Source: Magallana gigas
Taxonomy: Eukaryota
Length of the DNA: 64,000 nt
Direction: 5' to 3'
NCBI RefSeq assembly: GCF_963853765.1
Contig: NC_088854.1
Span: 3,100,001 to 3,164,000, forward strand
The notes under the pieces are model-generated. The model made no database searches and had not been told where the DNA came from. It saw nothing but the letters and a program-made list of their open reading frames with translations. Below are positions 23,697 through 37,800 of the stretch, piece by piece. The position numbers were made by a program, and so were the translations under genes. Each line of letters starts with the position of its first letter. Position 1 is the stretch's first letter.

Positions 23697-26600
23697 ATGC
23701 CTAAAGTTGTATCTCGCAGCGTTGTGTGTACAGATGTCAAAGATCAAGAGGAGTACCAAGGAGAAAAACCACTTTATGTATACTATTGTATTTGCGGACA
23801 AATATCTCTAATTTTAGGTGTGTCTCCATCTACCATTGTATACTGTTTTACCGTGCGACCACAGGGCGCTCGTTACGATCTTTTTGTCTTCTTACTATGT
23901 GGCCACCTCTATACTATAGAATACACGTGTGGATTATAGTACAGTCGTTTTACTGGTGACGAATATTTGCCAGTTTCGAATAATTTTTAGAAAAATTATT
24001 GGTAAAAAAAACGAAGTTAAGGTTTGTTTACATATTAAAAAGGTGACCCAGATATGAGCTGCTTGTCGTTTTATCCAGGAGTTATATATAAATAATTGGA
24101 AAACAATACATGTAACTTATGTAATATGAGTAATTTATTAATGTGTAAATATTAATACGAAATACATCGTAATTCATCATATAAGAATTTACACCGATAT
24201 ATATATAATGCGATGTTTTAAGATAAATATTTATTTAGAGGATTAATATTGACTGCATCAAAACACTTTCTTTTTCAAATTTTCTTTAAAAAAATTCTTA
24301 TATTCATAATAAAATTCATAACGTACCAAATCATTATCCGCGTCCAGATATACCGGTATTTATGTGTATTAATTAAGCAATCATAATTAAGTGTCCAATC
24401 AAATTTCCCTAAGGTGATATAACTAATTTGGAGGCCCTCTGTGTCCAGCAAGAGTTATGTGTGTTAATTACTGCATATTTACCACAAAATAAATAGGCGC
24501 GAAACATCTCAGCGCCAAATGTCTCGGTGCAAAATGTCTTTCTGAGCAAAACGTCCTGCATTCGGGGGGAGGGGTGTCACATAGTAAAAAAACAAAAAGT
24601 TTGTGACAAACCCCAGCATATGTCATTATGATAAATTTACAATTGAATGCATTAAAGCGATAAAAGAATTAATAAATCTGAGATAAGATATTTTTCATTC
24701 ATGTTTTTTTAAAATACAAATACAAATATTTTATTGGCATAATCATAATTTTTATGCTCCAGTTAATATGATTTATTTCGATTTTGCTTGATTCAATGCA
24801 GGTAGAGTTCTTTCTCCTCTTTGAAAGTGATATTGACATCAGCGTTCTTGTTGACAGTACAGGTTTATTGTCGTCTGGTTTTCCTTTTTGCAAACTCTCC
24901 TAGTTGAGAATTAAATACAAGCAACATAATTTATTTACCTTTTTAATGCATGAAGTTCATTAAATTCATTTTTACCTGTTCGATGGAGAAATTGGTAGCA
25001 TACCCAATTTTCACAGAATTGTGGGTATGATACTGACAAATTAAAGGGAGCAATAGTTCAAATTTTCCCTTCACCCAAGCATTGTTGGTAGTGCTCACAG
25101 TGTTAATGGGATGAAAACAACTTGGCTTAACCCAAGACCCTGTGGTTTAAAGTCAATATTCAACCATCTGAGCTTAGTGGCTAACCCGTTAGTGCATGTA
25201 AGATCTTGGCAGTACTAAGCTTAAATATATACCCAATCACAGTTATCAATAATATCTTTAAATGTTTGATGCTTATATTCTTGCAGACTGCCCCATTGAT
25301 AAGCTGCCCATGAGGAGGAGAGACAATGCTAGAGTCATTGACAGCCAGAAACATGCTCACAAATTAACATGTGACCCAGATGACATTGTCTACTTAAAAA
25401 GGTACCGTTCCACTGCTAAGATAAATAACTCCTATGAAATTATCTCTATCATGCAATGTATGCATATAAGTTCTCTGCATCCTAATAACATTTCTTTATT
25501 TCAGACCTCAAGGAATTGAGAAACAGTACAGACAGAAATGTAAAAGGTAATTTTAAAACGATTTTTTACTCTTTTTCTGAAAATCTCCCACTCTCTCACT
25601 CTATATGTTTTTTGTGGTCAAGTAAAAGTTAATATTAAGTTATAGTTACAATTTTTGACAGATGTGGATTATGGTTATATTACCATCACCAAGGAAACAG
25701 CGGCGTTATGTTTGTTGTTGATGGGGCTCTCAAAAGGGATGCTGCTAAAACTGATGTTTACAGCCAGATATCAGAGCCAAAGAAGGTATTTTGTTGATCA
25801 GTGAACAAGCATTGGAGTACTGTCTTAAACTAAGATAAAGTATTTACAGTGTATTACATGTTATATAAATATAACTGCAAATAACAAAAGTTATCCATTT
25901 TGTTGCACTATACATGTATTTGTTAATTTTGACATCAGGTGACACTCACCAAACACACAAAGAACATGGGTAAATTCAGTTCTGTGACGGTGTCAACGGT
26001 GGACGAAGAGGAGGATGAGATAGAAGCGGTCAGTAGTTTACATTGTAATTTCATGTTCATTATCTAAACAATAAAGTAACTAAATATAAGATAAAGCTAT
26101 TGGTTATAAATAAGTGGTCAGTATGCTACATGTACAATCCTATGTACATTGTACCTTCATGGTCATGTTTTAGATATAACACTACCAGGTATATGTATTT
26201 GAACAGAATAAAAAACCATTGGATAGGAAATATTGATCTTCGCTAGAAGATTTCAGATTCATTCTTTATTTGCACAAGACATACATCTTACGGCATAGGT
26301 CATTACATATACATGTAATTAAAATGCAATATTGAAATAATGGTACATGTACCGTACATATGTAAAGTGCATCAACAATGTATATATACCGGTAATAAAT
26401 TTTACTATCAGGTAAAAAATGCAGACCATTTTTTACAATCAATTCATTAATTTGTTAAAAGAAAGATTGATATAAACTTAATTTTAGAAAATAATTGGTT
26501 TTGTAGATCAAATAAATTGTAAATGATAATTAATACATTATTACATTGTTTAAAATACATGATCGAAAAATATCTGCTTTTAATTTTGGTTAATCTCTTA

Positions 26601-27238
26601 TCTTTCAGTAGCATCTTTTTAATGTATCACTTTGTTGAAATTTCAATATTTCATTGAAATACTTACCCTCTCCTCAGTACTAATGCTACCAACTCTTGAT
26701 AGCAAAGCAGTATTATTCCTACTATCATCACTGATTGAGTTGTTTATTTGATTTTGTAGAAAGAGATAGCAGATTCATATGCAGCCAATGCCAAAGTGAT
26801 AGAAAAACAGCTATTCAGGAAAGGGATAAACAAAAGAAGACAAGAAGAGGTGATTGGTCAATTTTTAAAATAGATTATCTTAGATACAAAAAAAAGAACA
26901 AATACATGTATAATCATTGATCATATATCCTAGAAAAAAAATTATTCTGTACAAGTTGAACTGGATAAATTCTCCATTCCTGCTTGAATAGTGTTCCAAA
27001 GCTATAGGAAAATCATGTAACATTTAACATATAAAATGAAAAGTTTGTTTTGAAAGGGAAACTTTATTTTAATTTTATCTGTATCCAGTTAAGAATATGA
27101 ATATCACTTTGATATATTGAGTTCATGAAGCAGTAATGTTACCTGTACCATTATCCAAAGCTGATACATTTTTTATTTAACTTGCAGGCTGCTGAGGAAG
27201 CAAAGAAGAAAGTAAAAGGAACTCTAATCGACAAGTGA
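23697..27238 (+). CDS. STEEP1: STING ER exit protein (STEEP1/CXorf56, UPF0428), 210 aa; exons 23697-23817, 25287-25401, 25505-25546, 25662-25785, 25939-26028, 26760-26849, 27188-27238
   Basis: The seven exons total 633 nt in frame. Recognisable segments are [11 protein letters not shown]..., [64 protein letters not shown] and KGTLID. Confidence 0.95.
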
Positions 27239-28734
27239 CAATAGCAATGATGTGTGAACATTAGACTCATTGTGTTGAATTCTGTAAGAGAGGAGAGGAT
27301 GGTATTTGTGTATGCATGTATGTTATTGGATGTGAATATGATGTGTGAAAGGTAAAGGCAAGATGTTTGTTTGGTATCATTTTCACTAAAATAAACTTTT
27401 TACTTTCATATCTTTTGTTTATTTGTAAGAACAAAAAAGAATATCTGGTGAACTAGGGCTCCACTCTGTGGATGCTTGGAGGGTCCAAACCTGTCACAAA
27501 TTCAGAAAATGATTTTAGAAGTTTAGTGTTTTAAGGTTCTCCAATCCTCAGCCTCAAAGTATTTTTTCATCATAAAATTGTTATTTATTCTTCAAACTTT
27601 ATGAATGAAATGAAATAAAAAGAGTTTTTTTTTTATGGTATCCATGCATTTTACAAAGTTATTGAAATTTTCGGCTACGATGGCTATTATGAAATAAATA
27701 TACAAGTTGAGATCAAATTTGAAGGAAAAAAACCGGTGCATCGATGGCTTGAACCGCTTTACTATTTATGTAGCAGCTGTGGGTAATATTAGGACTACAC
27801 GACTAATTAGATTTGTCTATATAAAAGGCAGATTTATGGTACGAATAAAAAACTCCGGATAATTTAGAGTTGCCGAATATTGCTGAGTATCGGATATTGC
27901 TAAATTCATACATTTATATTATATATGAAAATTTCAATATTTGCAAGAAAAGAATATCCCAAAGAAATTCCATTAAAATATGGTCATTGCTTATCCAAAT
28001 ACAAGACAACTGAGAGTGGCCTTCCGTTCTTGTCAGCTTTGAAATTTCCAATTCAATAATATCTCACTCGTATTTCATTGCAAGTGTAAAAAAGCTTTGG
28101 AGAACAGCAACACTAATGACTATGAATATAAAAAAGAATACTTATTGTAAATATAAAACCTTTTTATTTCACAGTCATTGAGAATGCATTGTTCATTCTT
28201 TAGTGCTATTTAAAAATGTGAATTTAAAATAAACATCATTTAATTTAGGGCAGCATGCTTGAAAAAAAAAAGATGGATGGATTGATTATAGAAAATACGA
28301 ATACCCCCCTTTTCTGCTTTTATTAGAAGATATATTATTTCTCAGCATTATATATTATCTTGTGTAAGGATAAAATTAGTCAATGGCCTAAACAATTTGT
28401 CCACAAATTAGTTATCATCTTTTATTTCGTCAACAAGGCAGGGGAGGGGGGATTTTAAGGTTTATCTTAATTTGCCAGGGGGTTCAAGGCATATATATCT
28501 AATTATTTTACTAAGTAAATTTAAGAAATTTGAATTTTCCAGAAGGGGATGACCTATGACCTTTTCAAGATCCGAGCATAAAACTATATGAATAGCAGTA
28601 TGAATTGATGGCAGTGGAGGAATATGCGCGGTTATCAAATTATAGCAACTGCAGAAAGTACATGTTTTAATATAATGTACCAAACAAACACACAATCCTG
28701 TTTGCTCTCTAATGTGCCGCTATGTTACCTATAA

Positions 28735-28848
28735 AGTTTTTATCTTGTCCAACCCATTTATCTTAATTTGATAAGCCGTATCTTTAGTTTATTGTGCAAG
28801 AACTCGGGTATATTAAGAAACTAGTGTAAATGTCTTATCATTTTAACC
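28735..28848 (+). promoter_or_regulatory. Candidate proximal promoter with a GATA-site cluster and a TATA-like element
   Basis: WGATAR matches occur at about 28740, 28758, 28770 and 28835. TATATTAAG lies at about 28809, just upstream of the ATG at 28849. Confidence 0.35.
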
Positions 28849-31800
28849 ATGGGGTTTGTATATCAACTCTTTGCTTTTCTTGTGTGGGGTAAGTTTTACA
28901 GTATTAAATATAATTACTGGAGTTATTTATTCAATGCTATGATGGCTTCACACAACGCAATTTTTTTTAATGGAACAGTGTTATACAACTGTACATTTGT
29001 TGACAAATTATCAGAGATATTTTTCGTTAAATTTACGTTGTATGACTTTTTTTTTACTGCAACATCATTCAAACGCCGTTTTAATTGACTTTCACTATTA
29101 TATCTATCCTAAGTTCAATATTTGTACACTTTTCAGTGTTTTTGTCTCTGATAACACTGCCAATCGGTTCTGTACTGTACCGTCCAAAAATTCAAATGAC
29201 TTATTGTTGGGGGGCAAGCGGGAATGTCAATATTCTAATGTTTAATCACACACTTGTTGACAATGCTAATAGAGATACAAGTAATAATCGTTCATTCTTT
29301 GAATATTATGGGGTGATACACATATAATTTAATTCTGGTTGTAACGCGCTTTCTGATAGGCTAAAAAATTATTTTATATCGTATAAAGAATGTTGCCTAC
29401 GTCATAGTAAGACTAATGCCCAAAACGTATCAATACGCCTGACGTTACGTTTGAATTTTGTAAATTTTAGGTCATTTTAAAGCTCAAATGACCAATTTTA
29501 TCTACAATGAAGAGTAAAATATCAAATCATAAGCAATGAATTCAATATTTATTAGTTTTTTACGATATAAAATGGTTTGAAACATTTACGCTCTTTTATA
29601 AACCGTAAACTGCCCCAAACCATTTTATATCGTATAAAACAAATAAATATTGAATTAATTCCTTAAATCAAGATAGAAAAAGTATTATATGTTTATCTAC
29701 AATCAGTGCAATTGGTGAGGTCCCAATACCCCGGCCTTCAGGTTTCCATAACAACAGACGGTACATACAGTGTCAAGGTCAATGGTAGACAATGGCTGTC
29801 CAGCGCGCCGACCTATTTCATGGCGGACGGAGCGATGTTTATTGGCGGGAAGAACGGGAATCTTAGTCTGCTACAGAGCTCAGCGTCCAGTGGGTACGAC
29901 AGGATTGGAGAATGGCAGACGTTCGACTTCTTCTACTCTGCCGGTAGTAGCAACATCACTGCCTCCATCAAAACGTATCCATACGAATTGGAGGACGATT
30001 TTATCATGTTTTCACAGGTAAATTAAAGCAAAATATTGCGTGATAGTGTAGGTATAGGTCGAACATTACTTAATCAACCAAATTTTAGCTAAAATACCAA
30101 CTACCTACATTCTGCAAACAGCATTTATCAAAGTATGGAGATCCTGCGGTGAACAATGACGTCTATTTTACGTCTGATGCAATTGTTCATGATTATCACT
30201 GTAGACATATCACAATGGAGCCACGAGGACAAACCGAGCTGACGTCAGTTCCGTTATTGGGAGATTTCCCGCCTTTAGCGTCGGAAGTCAAGACCCTCTC
30301 GTCAGCCTGTTTTATTTAGCCTACGGGGGAATAATGGTTGGGGACACTGGAAAAGGCATAGGAGTGTAAGTTCTTCATAAAAAAAAGTTGTATTCGGTTT
30401 TGCAATTGCGTGTTGAATTACTAGTACTTATTCTAATTATGTTTTCTTCAGTTGGAACAAGACCGACGTTGCCATGAGCTATGGGTTGTCGGGAGGGCCG
30501 CTGGCCATCTTTGATCAGGAGGGAAATACCGTCATCATTTCTCCCTTCTCGCAGTTCATGGCCGCCTCTGTCACCCATCCAGACTTTGACAACAGTGTGG
30601 GGTGGGGTGTGATGGGAGGTGTACAAAAGGTCCCACCCAACTACCAGTATGACACAATCCTCTATTATGCAAAAGGAATAAACAAGGTACATTGATTAAA
30701 AGGAAAGCACCGTCTTAGAAGCAATGACGCATAGAGTATCAATAACAAGCCTAGGGCGTTTGGTCTTAACAGGCTTTTGAAGGCTGGGGTCGATTGATGA
30801 GGAAATGGTACGGAAGAACGGATGACTTTGTTAAAACAGACCTTACCATCAGTCATCTGGGCTACTGGACAGATAACGGTAACCGTTGAAATCAATCATA
30901 TCCCAAAATTGTAAGATTATTCAAACTAAAAAACACAATGCGATCAATTGCGATCAATATTACGAAATTGTAACATCGGAAGACTAATGGCCAAATGTTC
31001 AATTTAAGATTAGCAATATTATAGTTAAAACCTCAACGTACATGTAACATGATCAAGTGTCTTCCATGACAACTGGCCATGAGGTTTGAAATAATTTGCC
31101 ATTGAGTTTATTTAGTGTGTAAAAAACGACAGAGGAGTAGAGCTGGATGGACTGCTGAAATGCCTCTTTTTAATGTTATTATTTTAGGAGCGTATTATTA
31201 CTATTTGACGGAGCAAAATAAAACCTACGAGGACTCCATGTTGGATGTCAAGAACTACGCAGAAAGTCAGAGCATCCCATACAGGTCTGTACCAAATAAA
31301 ACATTCTATACAGGTCTGTACAAGATAGAACATCACACACAGGTCTGTACAAGATAGAACATCACACACAGGTCTGTACCAGATAGAACATCCCATACAG
31401 GTCTGTACCAGATAGAACATCACACACAGGTCTGTACCAGATAGAACATTGTATACAGGTCTGTACCAGATAGAACATCACACACAGGTCTGTACCAGAT
31501 AGAACATCACACACAGGTCTGTACCAGATAGAACATCCCATACAGGTCTGTACCAGATAGAACATCACACACAGGTCTGTACCAGATAGAACATCCCATA
31601 CAGGTCTGTACCAGATAGAACATCACACACAGGTCTGTACCAGATAGAACATTGTATACAGGTCTGTACCAGATAGAACATCACACACAGGTCTGTACCA
31701 GATAGAACATTGTATACAGGTCTGTACCAGATAGAACATACCATACAGGTCTGTACCAGATAGAACATCACACACAGGTCTGTACCAGATAGAACATCCC

Positions 31801-34800
31801 ATACAGGTCTGTACCAGATAGAACATCACACACAGGTCTGTACCAGATAGAACATCCCATACAGGTCTGTACCAGATAGAACATCACACACAGGTCTGTA
31901 CCAGATAGAACATCCCATACAGGTCTGTACCAGATAGAACATCACACACAGGTCTGTACCAGATAGAACATTGTATACAGGTCTGTACCAGATAGAACAT
32001 ACCATACAGGTCTGTACCAGATAGAACATTGCATACAGGTCTGTACAAAATAAAATACACAATACAGGTCTATACAAGATTCAACATCACACACAGATCT
32101 GTACCTAATACAACACCCAATACAGGTCTATACAAGATAAAACATCCTATACAGGTCTATACAAAATAAAACATCCTATGCAGGTCTGTACCAGATAAAA
32201 CATCACACACAGGTCTGTACCAGATAAACACCCCATACAGGTCTGGACCAGATAGAACTTTGCATACAGGTCTGTACCTAATACAACACCCAATACTGGT
32301 CTGTACCTGATAAAACATCCCATACAGGTCTGTACCAGATAGAACTTTGCATACAGGTCTGTACCAGATAGAACATACCATACAGGTCTGTACCAGATAA
32401 ACACCCCATACAGGTCTGTACCAGATAAAACATCCCATACAGGTCTGTACCAGATAAACACCCCATACAGGTCTGTACCAGATAAAACATTACACACAGG
32501 TCTGTACCAGATAAAACATCACACACAGGTCTGTACCAGATAGAACATCCCATACAGGTCTGTACAAGATAGAACATCCCATACAGGTCTGTACAAAATA
32601 GAACATCTTATACAGGTCTGTACCAGATAAACACCCCACACAGGTCTGTACCAGATAAACACCCCATACAGGTCTGTACCAGATAAAACATCCCATACAG
32701 GTCTGTACCAGATAAACACCCCATACAGGTCTGTACCAGATAAAACATTACACACAGGTCTGTACCAGATAAAACATCACACACAGGTCTGTACCAGATA
32801 AAACATCACACACAGGTCTGTACCAGATAGAACATCCCATACAGGTCTGTACAAGATAGAACATCCCATACAGGTCTGTACAAAATAGAACATCTTATAC
32901 AGGTCTGTACCAGATAAACACCCCACACAGGTCTGTACCAGATAGAACATCCCATACAGGTCTGTACAAGATAGAACATCCCATACAGGTCTGTACAAAA
33001 TAGAACATCTTATACAGGTCTGTACCAGATAAACACCCCACACAGGTCTGTACCAGATAGAACATCACACACAGGTCTGTACCAGATAGAACTTTGCATA
33101 CAGGTCTGTACCAGATAGAACTTTGCATACAGGTCTGTACCAGATAGACCATCCCATACAGGTCTGTACCAGTTAGAACATCCCATACAGGTCTGTACCA
33201 GAAAGAACATCACACACAGGTCTTTACCAGATAGAACATCACACACAGGTCTGTACCAGATAGAACATCACACACAGGTCTGTACCAGATAGAACTTTGC
33301 ATACAGGTCTGTACCAGATAGAACTTCCCATACAGGTCTGTACCAGATAGAACATCACATACAGGTCTGTACCAGATAGAACTTTGCATACAGGTCTTTA
33401 CCAGATAGAACATCACACACAGGTCTGTACCAGATAGAACATCACACACAGGTCTGTACCAGATAGAACTTTGCATACAGGTCTGTACCAGATAGAACAT
33501 CCCATACAGGTCTGTACAAAATAGAACATCTTATACAGGTCTGTACCAGATAAACACCCCACACAGGTCTGTACCAGATAGAACATCCCATACAGGTCTG
33601 TACAAGATAGAACATCCCATACAGGTCTGTACAAAATAGAACATCTTATACAGGTCTGTACCAGATAAACACCCCACACAGGTCTGTACCAGATAGAACA
33701 TCCCATACAGGTCTGTACAAGATAGAACATCCCATACAGGTCTGTACAAAATAGAACATCTTATACAGGTCTGTACCAGATAAACACCCCACACAGGTCT
33801 GTACCAGATAGAACATCACACACAGGTCTGTACCAGATAGAACTTTGCATACAGGTCTGTACCAGATAGACCATCCCATACAGGTCTGTACCAGTTAGAA
33901 CATCCCATACAGGTCTGTACCAGAAAGAACATCACACACAGGTCTTTACCAGATAGAACATCACACACAGGTCTGTACCAGATAGAACATCCCATACAGG
34001 TCTGTACCAGATAGAACATCACACACAGGTCTGTACCAGATAGAACTTTGCATACAGGTCTGTACCAGATAGAACTTCCCATACAGGTCTGTACCAGATA
34101 GAACATCACATACAGGTCTGTACCAGATAGAACTTTGCATACAGGTCTTTACCAGATAGAACATCACACACAGGTCTGTACCAGATAGAACATCACACAC
34201 AGGTCTGTACCAGATAGAACTTTGCATACAGGTCTGTACCAGATAGAACTTCCCATACAGGTCTGTACCAGATAAACACCCAATACAGGTCTGTACCAGA
34301 TAAACACCCAATACTGGTCTGTACCAGATACACATCCCATACAGGTCTGTACCAGGTAGAACTTCACACATAGGTCTGAACCAGATTAAAAGGTCTGTAC
34401 CTGAAAGAACACCACACACAGGTCTGTACCAGATAGAACATCACACACAGGTCTGTACCAGACAAAATATCTGATACAGGTCTGTACCAGATAGAACATT
34501 GTATACAGGTCTGTACCAGATAGAACACCCCATACAGGTCTGTACCTAATACAACACCCAATACTGGTCTGTACCAGATAGAACATCACACACAGGTCTG
34601 TACAAAATAGAACATCTTATACAGGTCTGTACCAGATAAACACCCCACACAGGTCTGTACCAGATAGAACATCCCATACAGGTCTGTACAAGATAGAACA
34701 TCCCATACAGGTCTGTACAAAATAGAACATCTTATACAGGTCTGTACCAGATAAACACCCCACACAGGTCTGTACCAGATAGAACATCCCATACAGGTCT

Positions 34801-37800
34801 GTACAAGATAGAACATCCCATACAGGTCTGTACAAAATAGAACATCTTATACAGGTCTGTACCAGATAAACACCCCACACAGGTCTGTACCAGATAGAAC
34901 ATCCCATACAGGTCTGTACAAGATAGAACATCCCATACAGGTCTGTACAAAATAGAACATCTTATACAGGTCTGTACCAGATAAACACCCCACACAGGTC
35001 TGTACCAGATAGAACATCACACACAGGTCTGTACCAGATAGAACTTTGCATACAGGTCTGTACCAGATAGACCATCCCATACAGGTCTGTACCAGTTAGA
35101 ACATCCCATACAGGTCTGTACCAGAAAGAACATCACACACAGGTCTTTACCAGATAGAACATCACACACAGGTCTGTACCAGATAGAACATCCCATACAG
35201 GTCTGTACCAGATAGAACATCACACACAGGTCTGTACCAGATAGAACTTTGCATACAGGTCTGTACCAGATAGAACTTCCCATACAGGTCTGTACCAGAT
35301 AGAACATCACATACAGGTCTGTACCAGATAGAACTTTGCATACAGGTCTTTACCAGATAGAACATCACACACAGGTCTGTACCAGATAGAACATCACACA
35401 CAGGTCTGTACCAGATAGAACTTTGCATACAGGTCTGTACCAGATAGAACTTCCCATACAGGTCTGTACCAGATAAACACCCAATACAGGTCTGTACCAG
35501 ATAAACACCCAATACTGGTCTGTACCAGATACACATCCCATACAGGTCTGTACCAGGTAGAACTTCACACATAGGTCTGAACCAGATTAAAAGGTCTGTA
35601 CCTGAAAGAACACCACACACAGGTCTGTACCAGATAGAACATCACACACAGGTCTGTACCAGACAAAATATCTGATACAGGTCTGTACCAGATAGAACAT
35701 TGTATACAGGTCTGTACCAGATAGAACACCCCATACAGGTCTGTACCTAATACAACACCCAATACTGGTCTGTACCAGATAGAACATCACACACAGGTCT
35801 GTACAAAATAGAACATCTTATACAGGTCTGTACCAGATAAACACCCCACACAGGTCTGTACCAGATAGAACATCCCATACAGGTCTGTACAAGATAGAAC
35901 ATCCCATACAGGTCTGTACAAAATAGAACATCTTATACAGGTCTGTACCAGATAAACACCCCACACAGGTCTGTACCAGATAGAACATCCCATACAGGTC
36001 TGTACCAGATAAACATCCCATACAGGTCTCATATTGTTTTTTTTTTCATGGTATGTTATTATGTAGATATGTTTATTATGAAGTTTCGAAGTCATTAATA
36101 AAACTATGTGGTTCAGATACTTCCAGTCACCTCTCTAGCTATGTTGGTTCAGATAATTCCGGTCATCTCTCTAGCTATGTTGGCTCAGATAATTCCAGTC
36201 ATCCCTCTAGCTATGTTGGTGCAGATAATTCCAGTCACGTCTCTAGCTATGTTGGTTCGGAAAATTTCAGTCATCTCTCTAGCTATGTTGGTTCAGATAA
36301 TTCCAGTCATCTCTCTAGCTATGTTGGCTCGGATAATTCCAGTCACCTCTCTAGCTACGTTGGTTCGGATAATTCGAGTCGTCTCTCTAGCTATGTTGGT
36401 TCGGATAATTCCTGTCATCTCTCTAGCTATGTTGGTTCAGATAATTTCAGTCATCTCTCTAGCTATGTTGGTTTGGATGATTCCAGTCGTCTCTCTAGCT
36501 ATGTTGGTTCAGATAATTCCAGTCGTCTCTCTAGCTATGTTGGTGCAGATAATTCCAGTCACGTCTCTAGCTATGTTGGTTCGGAAAATTTCAGTCATCT
36601 CTCTAGCTATGTTGGCTCGGATAATTCCAGTCACCTCTCTAGCTACGTTGGTTCGGATAATTCCAGTCGTCTCTCTAGCTATGTTGGTTCGGATAATTCC
36701 TGTCATCTCTCTAGCTATGTTGGTTCAGATAATTTCAGTCATCTCTCTAGCTATGTTGGTTTGGATGATTCCAGTCGTCTCTCTAGCTATGTTGGTTCAG
36801 ATAATTCCAGTCGTCTCTCTAGCTATGTTGGTTCAGATAATTCCTGTCGTCTCTCTAGCTATGTTGGTTCGGATATCTTTGTTGGTTCAGATACTTTTAT
36901 GTATTGGTGTATTTTTGTTGAGTGATATTCGATACTTTCAGTTTTTGATACATCCATGTGAGTTCAATGATAACCTTCCGTTTGTTTCGGATGCTTTCTC
37001 ACATTCATATTCGTTAAGTGACCTTACTCTGTTTCAGATACTTTCAGTTTGATTCCTGGTGGTACTACAAGGGGGCCGGTAACGGGGTCAAGGAATGGGA
37101 GCCTCGTCCTGACATTTTCCCTCACGGATCTAAGTCAGTCTTCATGCTTTTATTAAGACATCGTCTAATTAAACCTGATTTCTTGTTTAATAAATAATTA
37201 AGATCAAACATTTTTTAACATACATTACAGAGCACTAGTTCAGAAGCTTGGTTTACCCATCGCATTGCATAACCGATTCTGGTAAGACACAGCAAAACTA
37301 ATTTGTCTACATTTTTCTACTCTTAATTTTTGTATAATTATGCGGATGTTGCTATTCTACCGGTAATTAAAACTGATTCCAGGTCTAAGGACACGGTATA
37401 TGCTGTACAGAACAAAGGAAGGTATTTGTTTCAGATTGATACGAATGGAACAGTCTCAGCTCCCATCACTCAGGTAACGGTTACATCCAGTCCAATATCT
37501 AGTAAGATTCTTAAACAACGTTCAAGACTGTCTGCTTATATATTAGTATAGTTTTGAGGAATATATTGTGTTGCTTTGTTGTTCTAACAATAAAAAGTCC
37601 CATATTAACTGTTTTTGGTTATTCAGAATTCATTGACTTTTTTGTTTGGATCCACAGGATTTCTGGAATTATCTGTTAGGTCGCGCGAGAGACGATTGGG
37701 GATTGGTTCTTTACGAACAAGTATAGTATTAAGCATTTTTATTTAAAAAACCCAACAACATGCAAATCTCATTTCGTTCCAAGACATGATTTACACATTA

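Noticed and set aside
30121-30320. Alternative open frame starting at the AG at 30121 (HLSKYGDPAV...)
   Set aside because: It ends in TAG without a usable in-frame donor. The acceptor at 30204 gives a continuous frame into exon 4.
31184-36095. Dozens of minus-strand ORFs (MFYLVQTC.../WYRPV... repeats)
   Set aside because: These are translation artefacts of the 29-bp array, antisense to an intron of a well-supported plus-strand gene.
36053-37052. 290-aa (SYVGSDNSSHLS)n and 314-aa (SLAMLVQIIPV)n ORFs, superficially like ice-nucleation or structural repeat proteins
   Set aside because: A 36-bp unit without stops in two frames produces long ORFs automatically. Both overlapping frames are open, neither joins the flanking exons in frame, and the frame that would follow exon 6 stops at once.
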